This document shows, one piece after another, positions 37,701-49,100 of a DNA stretch of 64,000 nt. How positions within the stretch are numbered: the first letter of the stretch is position 1; each line of letters starts with the position of its first letter. The stretch is from Tubiluchus corallicola (Eukaryota; Animalia; Priapulida): assembly GCA_030141605.1 (NCBI GenBank), contig JAQGDQ010000093.1:248001-312000 (forward strand). The letters run 5' to 3'. The position numbers and the translations under genes are program-made. A model generated the notes under the pieces. The model searched no databases, was not told where the DNA came from, and saw only the letters and a program-made list of their open reading frames with translations.

Positions 37701-40700
37701 GGAAAAGCTAAAACTATCTGGGAGTTAGAGTAGTGACATTTTTTGCAAAAAAATTATACAAGTTACAACAATTAAAGTACTGTAAGTGCTTTGTCTAAAC
37801 TTGCCAACTCTCGTGCTGTTTTAATGCATTAAATTGGGTAAAAATTTTGTTGATAAAATAATAATATAACAATAAATAATTGTCTTGAGCAAAGTAAAAA
37901 AATCGTTGTTAAAGTGAAACGTGCGTCGTTAAGTTAAAAAAATGTCAAATGTTCTGCGTCGTTAAATGCTCGGCTATTTTTTTAAAACTGGTAACGAGCA
38001 TAGTTTTACAATAATAACCTTGTATGAGTGGCGATGAGTGCCCATGTGGACCATTTTTACAAGTTCCTTAAATTTGGCCGACTTGGAGACACAAACCAAG
38101 TGAAACTCAACTCGTTCACTAAGTGAAAGACGATACTTCAAGATGTTTAATCGTATAACAAACCCTTTATTTCTGCAAAACCACTGGTCCGCAGCATAGT
38201 ATGCATCTTTATAATAATTTCTGTAAGATCCACTTACAGTTGAATGCTAATAAAACTATTAAACAATTCTAAAATGGTGAATTTGTTACTGATTGGCCGA
38301 TCTCAACGGCATGTCTTTATCAAATTTCTTTATCTCTATCTACGTGAACTAGAGCTCGTGAACAATGCAATTTAAATTCCTTACTGTTAAATTAGATTTA
38401 ATGTATGGCACCTTGTTTTTGTCCCTGTAGATGTAGTCGGCATTGCTGAGTTCTTTTTGTAAAACTGTTAACGAGCATAGTTTTATGGTAATAACCGTGG
38501 ACAAGCATCGTCGCCTTTGCTTTTGCTCATTTTTGTATTTGTAAAATGAGTTTAATCAACGCCAAAAATGTTTGTATGCTTGCAATTGACCATAAGTCAA
38601 CATTAAGCTTTTCTAGTTATTCACACATCCTGAATCTCCATTTCATGAGGATTATTTTGATACCAACTTCATCACTCTATGTTACTTGAAAGCTGAGATA
38701 ATCCAGCTGATTTGAAGCTGTGGTGCAGGCTATGCACTGAAAAACATAACTTAGAGAAAGTCATTGTTAAAGTTAGCCATTGTTTTTGTCGCGTCTCTAC
38801 AAAACACTTAGCAACCGCACAAATGTTGGTTGCTATTTGCAAGAACATATTGAAATTATGTTTAAATCCAGTAGATGGCTCTTTCTGGCGAAGATCTGGG
38901 ATTGGCAACAAAAAAACCTGAAGCAAAATGGCAGCTTCCAAGAGCTACTATTGGAGTTTGAAAATACTAGTTTGTTTACAATTGCATTACTAGTCAGGAA
39001 AGTGGATACAGGGTTATAAAATTAAATTTTTAGTATTTTTTGAGCATTTTCTTGACAATTTCATGCAAGAATATAATTATTACAATATGTTTAGCATTTT
39101 CTTTTACAGAATACAAAAAATTGACATTTGACCAAATTTTTGGTGCATTCTACTTTGAAGCATCATAATGTAGTTTTAACTATGCCGACTTATGGAGGGT
39201 TTTGATTTACAGGCACGTATTTATCATTTGTGATTAAAACTGTACACCCTTTTAAATGTTTTTATATCCTATAAACTGTAAAATACGTGTTCTAACTGAA
39301 ACATTATTGCTAACAATCTATTGACATAAACAGTTAACAAGTTTTCTACTTTTTCTAGGTCGCAGAGAGGGCGCTATCACACAGGTGTGGAGATGAAGTG
39401 AGTGCCAAATTTATAGGAAACGCACCTATGGGATTTTATAAGTACAAATTTCCTACAGCAGTTGCAGATGAGGTCAAATGTATAGGAGCAAAAGTATGCA
39501 AATATTAATAGAAATTTTGTCGAAATAAACTGAATTAAAAATGCATTGAATACCTTTTTAAAATACTGCTACAGTAGGCACCGCTTAATAGACTCACAGT
39601 TAATAGACTCAATTGCTTAATTGACTCAAAAACGCCTGGTATGGGCCGCTTCTATTCAAATGTACATAAAAACTGCCAGTAATTGACTCAAATAACTCCG
39701 CATAATTGTGACTCAATATTTTTGCTTCACATGCTTCAATAAGACACTTTGGTGTGACTGATAAACTTTTATGACTTTTATATCATCTTAGTTTGCTTTT
39801 GTCTTATAATATACATAGAAACAATCACGTTAAATACTGTTTTGTTTGTAAGCAGGAATGTTTATCATACGCTAATAAACTAGCCTAATGGTATGCTTTG
39901 ACCCGCCTGTCCACTGCAGTTGACGTTGTTACCCAAGAATTCCTGGAAGCTAAACATTTAATGACTTGTTTAGTGGTTTGCTTTTGGAGCTCTGGCTGTC
40001 TTTCCCAGAAAGTTTAATCAGTTAGATGTTGTTGTTATGCCAGGGACGCAGGTACAGTCACGATAGCAAGCGGGAGCTTAGACGAAATACTTCAGTTCAA
40101 GCACATATTTGTGTATCATAAAACAACAGTTTTAAACGTTTTTATCATTATGAGAACTTTCTGTATCACAAAAAATGTATCAGCCAACCTTGAACGTATT
40201 TAATTTATTGCTAATTCACTTATATAAATTAATATTTTAAAATATTTTTTCTAATTTTTAACTGAACAAACGAATTTAGGCATTACTTCATTTTTAGAAT
40301 TCATTAAGAACCTTTGCAGTGCATAGTAAGCTGGTGACACATATTTTCTATACCATTAATACTGCACCCATTGGTTAATAGGCTCAGTAGATTAATTGGG
40401 TCCAAACACTTCTGTCCCAAAGTGAATCAATTAAGCAGTGCCTACTGTATAATATTGTAACATTTTTCATTGTTATTTTTGTTCTTCTGTTTGTCACCCT
40501 TCAACAGAGTTCAGCTGTGTGTTTTGAAAATTTCAAAAAAAATGTTCATTTGGCTTTTTAAATTTCCGGCTCTTGAAATACAAATGGTTCAAAAAATTGT
40601 CTTTCAGATGTGTTTGTTGACGTTTTGTTTTCGTAACACATGGATTTGCAACGTTTTTTAACTATTTTAGATTCATAGTTTTAGTTAGCTGTGGTTTATC

Positions 40701-41285
40701 GACATTGTTTGAGCAAATAAACAATTTGCAATGTGGCAGTCTATCGTGCTACTTGCAAACAGTAAAGTTCTTTGTTTGTTATGACCAAATTATTTTACAG
40801 CACGTTTTTGAAATGCTTTGATGAGATATCTTTGAGATTATGCGAGTAATGTTTAGAATCAATAGTTTAGCGGTGCATTTTATATATTTGAATTCACATT
40901 TTTTGTTGCATACCACAATTTTAGTTTTCATGGTGTGTGTATAACAACTCTGCTAGTACGTTTTTGTCTTGAGGGACATTTCTTATTGCTTACCAGTGTT
41001 CTGTTCTGCATAAATTTTTCTAATTTGAGCCGTACGGTTTCATTCTGTTTCAGGTTTTCTTCTTCAAGGCATACACGGTTTCATTCTGTTTCAGGTTTTC
41101 TTCTTCAAGACATACACAGTTTCATCCTGTTTCAGGTTTTCTTCTTCAAGGCATACACTGGAAGTCAGTGTGTCATTAAACCAAGCTATGATGTTATTGA
41201 CTACATGTGGTTAACCTGGGAAGAACTGGCTACGCATCTTCATCCGAAGTATTATGAAGCTGTAGACAATTTTCTATTCGAATGA
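34788..41285 (+). CDS. MRPL46: Mitochondrial ribosomal protein mL46, ~286 aa; exons 34788-34860, 35091-35316, 35528-35661, 37490-37632, 39359-39493, 41136-41285
   Basis: Phase-compatible GT-AG exons (861 nt). MAAPSMR transit-peptide-like start; WQLVSAVCLERSPII, LEFESSLLSDHE, LQTAQDFED, RITEADEKNDRQSRHRKLDRKLFLVVKQKLG...WLFPQ, FIGNAPMGFYKYKFP, KVFFFKA, DYMWLTWEEL match recalled mL46 motifs. Confidence 0.92.
36596..37294. mobile_element. MITE family F
   Basis: cagtaagtccttgctcaatgactccccgtttagcgacg ... gagtgaggatttgatgta; homologous to the 26942 copy. Confidence 0.75.
38590..39215 (+). repeat. Dispersed repeat family G; copies ~58390-58680 (+), ~61295-62000 (-), ~62470-62780 (+)
   Basis: Shared ttctagttattcac...catttcatgaggat...aagttagccattgttttt...acaaaacacttagcaacc sequence. 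Confidence 0.7.
39570..40449. mobile_element. MITE family B
   Basis: tacagtaggcaccgcttaatagactc ... aattaagcagtgcctactgta. Confidence 0.82.
41034..41158 (+). repeat. 41-bp x3 tandem repeat spanning the MRPL46 last-exon acceptor
   Basis: ggtttcattctgtttcag|gttttcttcttcaaggcatacac three times; AG ends at 41053, 41094 and 41135. Confidence 0.92.
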
Positions 41286-41369
41286 CAGATTATGTGTATT
41301 GTGAAAAATTAGCTATATCGATCATTTGGCAGTAGATACCAAATTTGCACAGCTACCAGACTTGCGTAA

Positions 41370-42100
41370 TACAGTAGACGGCGGTTAATAGACTCAATCG
41401 CTTAATTGTCTCAAAAACGCCTGGTACGGACCACTTCTATTCAAATATACATAAAAACTGTCAGTAATTGACTCAAATAACTCTGCATAATTGACTCAAT
41501 ATTTTTCCTTCACGTACTTAAAATAAGATATTTGTAAGTGATCAGAGAGCCTTTTCTACCTTTATGTCATCTTTACCTCATTTTGTGCACTATAATATAT
41601 GTAGAAGTGTGTAAGCAGGTACGTTTATCATGCGCTAATATGCTAGCGTAGCGGTTTTGCTTTGAATCCATTACCCGCTCGTCCACTGCAATTAACCTCG
41701 TTATCAAAGAATTTCGGGGAAGGGAAGCATTTAATCACTTATCTAGAGCCTTTTGAAGTTGAAGTTCTCATTGCAAATACACTTTTGCGCTTAATCAGTT
41801 AGTAGTCCCTGATGCAGGTACAGTAGTTTTTTGCAAATGAACAGACTTGTGTGATTTAGAAAAGTATGCCTTTTAATTTATTGCTAATTCACTTATTTAT
41901 TTAAAATTTTAAAATATTTTTTTAATTTAACTGCACAAAGGAATTTAGGCATTACTTCGTTTCTAAAATCCATCAAAAACCGTTGCAGTGCATGCTAAGT
42001 TGATGACTCTTACTTCTATACCACTAATTCTACACTCATCGGTTAACTGGGTCAAAATACTTCGGTCCCAAAGTGAGTCTATTAAGCAGCGCCTACTGTA
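41370..42100. mobile_element. MITE family B, 85 nt downstream of the MRPL46 stop
   Basis: tacagtagacggcggttaatagactc ... gagtctattaagcagcgcctactgta. Confidence 0.82.
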
Positions 42101-44531
42101 GATCTGCTATTGTAAACTTGCATAAGACTTCAGTTTTAATACTGATAATTGTTGATAAATAAATTAAACATCAAAGGTTTGTTTTTCAAGTCTAAACTTA
42201 CAGTGCATTTTGTTACTATCCTTTTGAAGAACCTGATGCATTGAAAGATCCACATTTGTGTCATTCTAGCTAATGTTCATGATCAGGATTCCCACATAAT
42301 TTTAAAATAAATTTTCCTGACCAAATATCGATTTTTTTTCATGAACAAGATAAGCAGAAATTGCATTACCAGTATACGTATTCAAACATTTTTGTGTATG
42401 GACATTCTTACATATAGAGATGATTAATGTGTTGGCCAATCATTATTTTTGGAACGGAAATCTAAACTGGGAACCTGCCATGGCAATATTTTATTTAAAC
42501 ATGAATTGGTGAGAAATATGTTTGAAAAAATATCGGTTCGCGGTGAGTATTTTTGCAACCCCTTCCTATTTCTCTGACTTTTTACCATAGCCTGTATTTT
42601 TAAGGATTTTCCCTGACCATGGAAACCCTGCATGATGGCCTTTGCACCAACAGGTGGTGGAACCATCACCTGATTATAAGTTTAGTTCGGCTTTATTAGT
42701 AGAAAAGCTACTATTAATACCTTTCCTAGTATCTGCTGCTAATACTGATACATATACATATTTGTGTTTGTTTGAATCTATTGTCCAACTGTGTTATTCC
42801 TCCACCCATTGCACCTCCAAATTTGATTACCACCTGGCAAAATGGAGAAGAACAAAACCGCTTTAAACAACTGATGCCGAGAAATAACAACAAAACCGTA
42901 AACTAAAAAAACTTATAAAACAAAATAAATAGCTTATTGATTTATTTCTAATAGGATGGTTGCCCGATAAAAAAACGAGGCATGTACATTATAAAAACCT
43001 GAATAAGGTTTTTTGGCAAAACATAAATAATTATTGCAAATTCATTTTGAATACAATCAAGTAAGTTCAAAGAATATTCAATAGCAAAACATAACAAACA
43101 GCTAAAAAAGGCACAGCTAAGATTAACAATTACTTGTATTTAGTGCATTGCACAGTGGCGAAAAACAAACAAACAAACAAAAAAGTTTGAAAATTCTGAA
43201 GAAGCGATACTGAAAAAACTGCAACCGAACATACTTGTAAAATTTTTTGTACTTTAGTTCAAAGTTGTAAAATTTTTTGTACTTTAGTTCAAAGTACGTA
43301 CTCGTGACAAGCGTTTTCGAAGGATACATTCTTTGTATAGGCACTTTCTCTGTACAAGCAACTGCTGTTTATCATACCATATAATAATAAAGCACATATT
43401 CACATGCAAAAATGTTCAGTCAAACTCTTTTCCTTGCAAACAAATTAAGAAGTCTGTGCATCACAAAGATAATTGACGAAAAAGTACAAAAATACTGTGA
43501 CAATACAGTCACAAACCTTGTTACATCCCCCCAACCCCATAGTGCCAACCACGCTTAACGCCCACAATTTTTAGGAAAATAAAATGTCTATATTTGCATA
43601 CACTTGCATGTATTAACACTTTCACTACGGAAGGCAGCATGCTGCCACCTATGTTTTTCATGGACGGGAGGCAGTAGACTACCACCCAAGCTCAGCACTC
43701 AGCGCAGTTACCCAGGTCTGTTTATTTCACTGCTACGGCCATGCAAAAACATTGTAGAAAAATTTAACAGACGTGGGATTGGGGCTGCTTTGCAACAAGT
43801 ACAGCTAATCAGCCAAGCAGCATCTGAAGCCAGATACATTGCACAATACTGTACTGTATGGCACGTTCCCATGCAAAATCACTTGTAGAGATCGTTGACG
43901 ATATGTTTAGTAGATTGTTCTGCATTCTTATAAAATGATTGCATATTATGGATTAGTATTGTCTTTTGTGAAAACTATATTATAAATACATTGCAATGCA
44001 TCAGTAAAACATATTTTTAATACACACACTTCTATACAACCTATATTGTATGATCTTGCATATTTTTGGCATTAAGCATCAGTTCAGTTTTTCAATTAAC
44101 AATAAAAGCAATTCTTAAAGGAAAGGACAATTCACTCAGCATGCTGGGTTTATTTTACTGTTATCACGTAGTTAGAAAAATATAACAGAGAAATTTGCAG
44201 AAAATTGTCTGTAAAGCATAAAGTTAATTTATACTATACAGAAATTTTCAGTGGTAGCCGCCATTCGCTTGAAAAGTATGACGTAACTAGGAGACTTTGT
44301 GACTTTTTGTGAGCACATCGTGGCTTTGAATAAGCGCCCACTTCTTAAGCTAAGACAAACTTCTGTAACTTGCCTAATGTTCATGTAAAAATATCAAAAA
44401 GTTAACTATCTAATTTTTTGTAGAAACGTATTGTACGTTTTGGCAGAAATTTGAAGTGCGTTGGGTTTCTTCTGCTGATGAACGGCGAAACGTCCAAGTG
44501 TGAAATGATCGTGATTTTTAGTGATTTTACT

Positions 44532-45522
44532 GTATCTGCATAACTCAAATCCAACAGGACCGTGCAACTTTTGCAAGGTATGGTAACGATAATAATTGGA
44601 CATCAAAATCAAAAGTTCAATAAGTTTACTTTGGGGTGAAGTTACGAGTTTTTTTAGAACGAGGTAAGCACAAACAAATAATACGCCTCCACGTGATACT
44701 AATGGCACTGTTGATGCTCTACTGTGGTTGAGAGGCCAATGAAAAGCATTTTTAACAATTCCGCAAAGCTGTTTTTGCTGAAATGATATTTAGTAGGAAC
44801 TCGAGTAAACTCCGCATAACTCAAATCCAACCAGACGGCAAAAAGTTTGAGTTAGGCGACCAGGATAGAAACTCTAAACCCTCCTCCAGATGGCAAGCTA
44901 AATAGAAAGCAGTAAGTCAATCCTCCTATACACAAACGACGAGATTTGATGACAATTACATAAAGAATAACAAATTATGTAGTGAAATATGATTTTTTAT
45001 GTTACAAAACGACACGTACACAACACTGTTAAACAATACGACAGTGGGGCTACCAATGTCTTACGTACTGCAGTTCAGTTTGTGTGTCCAATAATCGTAG
45101 GGCGGGGAGGGAGCGACTTGGTAAGACATCAGAATTTTTCCGGAAGACAATACTGTTTTTTTTTGAGTTGTATGAAACTTTTGATTTTTCTAGAGTATAA
45201 ATCGCACTTTTCAGTTATGCGAAGTAAATTACATGCATTTTGATTAAATGGACCATAATTTTTTATTCGCGTTAGATGAAGTTTTGAGTTAAGCGATGTT
45301 TTTGTGAGAGAAACGAAGGATTTCATCTGTTCCGCTGAAATTCTTTGAGTTTGGCGAAATTTTGAGTTATGCGATTTTCAGTTCCGCTGAGTTTACTGTA
45401 TCAAACTTTCTCTTATGTCTATGAACTGCACATGAACGTACTCTACGTTCGTACGCCAAACACAAGTCTTTTCTGAGTGAGGCGAAAATTTGAGTTACGC
45501 GATTTTGAGTTATGCGGAGTAC
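44532..45522. mobile_element. Composite family-A-bounded element carrying an inverted copy of a CXXC1 exon end, intron and MITE
   Basis: 44561-45340 is the reverse complement of ~62782-63605; outer ends gtatctgcataactc / gagttatgcggagtac. Confidence 0.6.
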
Positions 45523-46104
45523 GAGGCACTTATCCTTACTAAATTCTTCTGACGTTTTTCTCAAACATTGAAATAAGTCTTAACTTCCCAGGTTTGACCT
45601 TTCCTTTAAGTAACTCCCTGACAGAGGTAAACGATGAACTGAAGCCGATGCTCATGAATACAGCAGGTTTTTGATTGTGGCATAAACGACACAATAGTTC
45701 TATACTACAGACTAAGGCACGTTAAATTGATCTTACAATTAATACATTACATAGTGATGAATAAGCTCAAAGCTTGCATTGCTTATATCAGCCAAACAGG
45801 GTAAATATCATCATACTTAAATATCATCACTTAATAAATGAAATATCATCATACATAAATGATTTATATACATAAATTATATCCGACTCGTATCTGAAAA
45901 TGATATACTTCTCTGAAGTGTAATTTTTAAACTCTGTTTAAATTATGTTATTACATTCAAAATGAAAAAAAGAAAATTCATCAACAGGACTCTAACTTCA
46001 GACCTTCAACGTGCTATGCAGCAGAATATTCCATGGATGTAACAGTACCACCCTGTAATTCTGAATAACTATGCCACTGTTATTCATTCAGTCACTGGAA
46101 AACT

Positions 46105-46110
46105 TTTATT
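46105..46110 (-). terminator. Putative polyadenylation signal of CXXC1
   Basis: AATAAA on - strand ~85 nt after the TGA stop at 46195. Confidence 0.55.
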
Positions 46111-46194
46111 TAACAGCTACAAACGCTTAGCCCTAAACAAGGGCACATAAACAATGTACAAAACATGTACAGTGACACCTGCTGGTCATTATTG

Positions 46195-49100
46195 TCACGA
46201 AACCGGATGCATGTTGGGGGTGTTGGGATCGTGAGCTATAGTCTGGTGTAACATGAGGCCAAGAACTCCGGCTCGGTTTGCCATGGCGATGCGGCAGTTC
46301 CGCTCTTCCTCCAGCAGCTCGTCCAGTTTCAACCACTAAAAAATCAATAACTGATGCATCAGAAATGTTGAGTAAATAATATTCCATAACCATGACAGGA
46401 ATAACTCAGCCAATTAACTCAGCTGATATCTGTACATTGTATTAAGGTGCTGCCATCTAGGTGCTAATCTTTTTAAATTCTACTAGTTAACTTACATTCA
46501 GTGTAATTGTATGGTCCAGTGACTGCATACATACTCCCTATTTTAAATTAATGGTTGTTGTGAAGCCTGTGCAAGTTGCATAGGTTAAGTTCAATACACG
46601 AATTATGGCTGTGAAACAGGTTCTACTGACTGGTTCTGATTCTAGTTTTGCTAAATGTTCAATGCAGCAGTTTTTCTACTCATGTTTCTGTAGTAAAATA
46701 AACACTTTTCCATCGTGTAAAATGCAAAGATTTATTGTAGCTGTTTGGTTCTTATCCATGATTTTCTGTGTACATCTAAACTCAAGTATATCAAAGTGAC
46801 TCAATAACAACTTCAAATGTGATTAAGACACCACACAATAAATTAAAATCATTCATGGCTCACACCCATTTTTCAACATCTTGTTACAGATAGTAGCGAC
46901 ATTTAACTGAGAAATAAAATACAATTTAGGAAATTAGGTGTTTATTATGCAAAAATATTTAGGTACAGAATAGTTAAATGAATCCACTTAAGGGTTGACA
47001 GCATGAGTATTTAATGAATCGATGTACAAAAGACAGAGACGAGTAACCAGATTTTTTAAAGCAGGTTTTATTATAATTTGACTCAAAATTATTACATCCA
47101 CAAAACAATTCCACACTCTCGGGGGATTATTACAAAATAACAAATTTGCCTTCTACCTGAACTCTTACCTGTCACACTCTCTCTGTGTCCAACTCCACTC
47201 AGTGCACCTGAACTTGTACCTGTCACACTCTCTCCATGTCCAACTCCACCCAGCACACCTGAACTCTTACCTGCTACACTCTCTCCATGTCCAACTTCAC
47301 TCGGTGCACCTGAACTCTTACCTGTCACACTCTCTCCGTGTCCAACTCCACCCAGCACACCTGAACTCTTACCTGCTACACTCTCTCTATGTCCAACTTC
47401 ACTCGGTGCACCTGAACTCTTACCTGTCACACTCTCTCCGTGTCCAACTCCACCCAGCACACCTGAACTCTTACCTGCTACACTCTCTCCATGTCCAATG
47501 CCACCCAGCACACCCGAATTCTTACCTGCTACACTCTCTCCATGTCCAACTTCACTCAGCATACCTGAATTCTTACCTGCCACACTCTCTCCACCTCTAA
47601 CTCCACTCAGCACACCTGAATTCTTACGTTCCAAACTCTCTCCATGTCTAACTCCTCCCAGCAGACCTGCCGCGCTTTCTCCATGTCCAACTCCACCCAG
47701 CGCACCTGAACTCTTACCTGTCATACTCTCTCTATGTCTAACTCCACTCAACATGCCTGAATTTTTACCTGTTTCACTCTCTATGTCCAATTCCACCCAG
47801 CACACCTGAATTCTTACTTGTCTCACTCTCTCCATGTCCAACTCCATCTAGCACACCTGAATTCTTACCTGTCGCACTCTCTCCATGTCCAACTCCGCCC
47901 TGCGTAGCTTCTCCCATTTGTAGTGCTTGACGCACTTCCGTTTCGGTGCTCGACAAAACTGACCGTTCTCGTCGAAGACGTTCGACACCAGGGGGCAGCC
48001 GCAGACCTCATCTTGTCCAATCTAAAAGCGACACAAATGTTATGCCTCAAAACAGGACAAAAAGTTGAAAGGTCAATTGGCAATCACGCCTTTTCTATAC
48101 ATTCCGACACATGGCATGCCAACAGCACGGCCTACTGAACACGTTTGGAGCCTTGATTAAAAAGCCCAACTATTTTTCTAGGGCAATTCTCTAAGATGAG
48201 CTAATAAACTAACAGGAATGAGTAAGCCACTTTCGGATGTACATACGCATGTCATCCAGAGCAAGAAGCCAGACAGTCGCGAATCATTCAGGCAAGGTGC
48301 ATGTATCAACTAGGTCGTGAGTCATGCCGAAACCTCCTAACCTGCTGCTTCAGTTTACATAAAACTGTTCCCATTCGTGTCCATCCTTCGGTCAAGTATT
48401 CCCATACTAACATACATGTCTTGCACGATAGAAAAACGTAAAAATGTAAATTGCAAGGAAACTTTAAAACAACCAGGATGTCAGTTTCCTTTTATCGCAT
48501 TTCTAGTGTTACATATCAGGCGAGCTTGTAAGATCATGCTGGGTTGCTTGTATTAAAACTCCCATCCGATGCGAATCTTTCATGTTAAACGTGATATTGC
48601 ATCTAAAGTCAGGAAAGACTGGGGTGCAAATTTTCCTTGACTTGCCACTAGGATAAAATTGTACAGTAAAATCTGCGTACTCTATACTCTAACGTGGCTA
48701 AAACCTTTGCATTTTTTCCACTTAATTCTTAGCACAAAAGTGAGGGATTTAATTAGGTCAAATAAGATGCTAATTCTTGTTGATAAACCGTCATGCACGA
48801 GAATGTCAATGAGTCAAATAAATGATTGTCTAACTCTGTCAGATAAATGACAGTCATTCAGCATAACGTACGGCTGAATGATGAATCATCACTGATATTA
48901 AAATTAAATGTGTTGCATTTCTTCTAACTTGGCAAACAGTTTATCACATATAAAGTGTAATGCTATAAACAATGCATAGTAGAAGTAGTCGTATTTTATT
49001 GACAATTACAAGGTAAAATGAATTTTTTGTATCGCGGCTCCATCTCTTGGAGCCAACTTTGAAATGTGTCTTACTTCAGCAGGTTGAGTGTCACACTCGT

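Noticed and set aside
41283-41312. MRPL46 UGA-C as Sec or readthrough
   Set aside because: The stop is at the expected C-terminus, the extension is short and unremarkable, and no SECIS is evident.
46189-46197. Stop-codon readthrough of CXXC1 (UGA-CAA-UAA)
   Set aside because: Leaky-looking context but would add only two residues; no SECIS or structure seen.
46605-46799. Duplicated 64-aa ORF (also 62038-62232) as a small gene family
   Set aside because: Lies in an intronic inverted repeat; no recognisable motif or coding signal.
47092-47847. 251-aa Gly/Ser-rich ORF and antisense His/Leu- and Pro-rich ORFs
   Set aside because: Translations of the 51-bp intronic minisatellite, not an independent gene.
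47154-47897. CRISPR-like array
   Set aside because: Head-to-tail units without unique spacers, eukaryotic context, no cas genes.
48850-48900. Box C/D snoRNA (ATGATGA...CTGA)
   Set aside because: Boxes are only ~7 nt apart, too short for a snoRNA.
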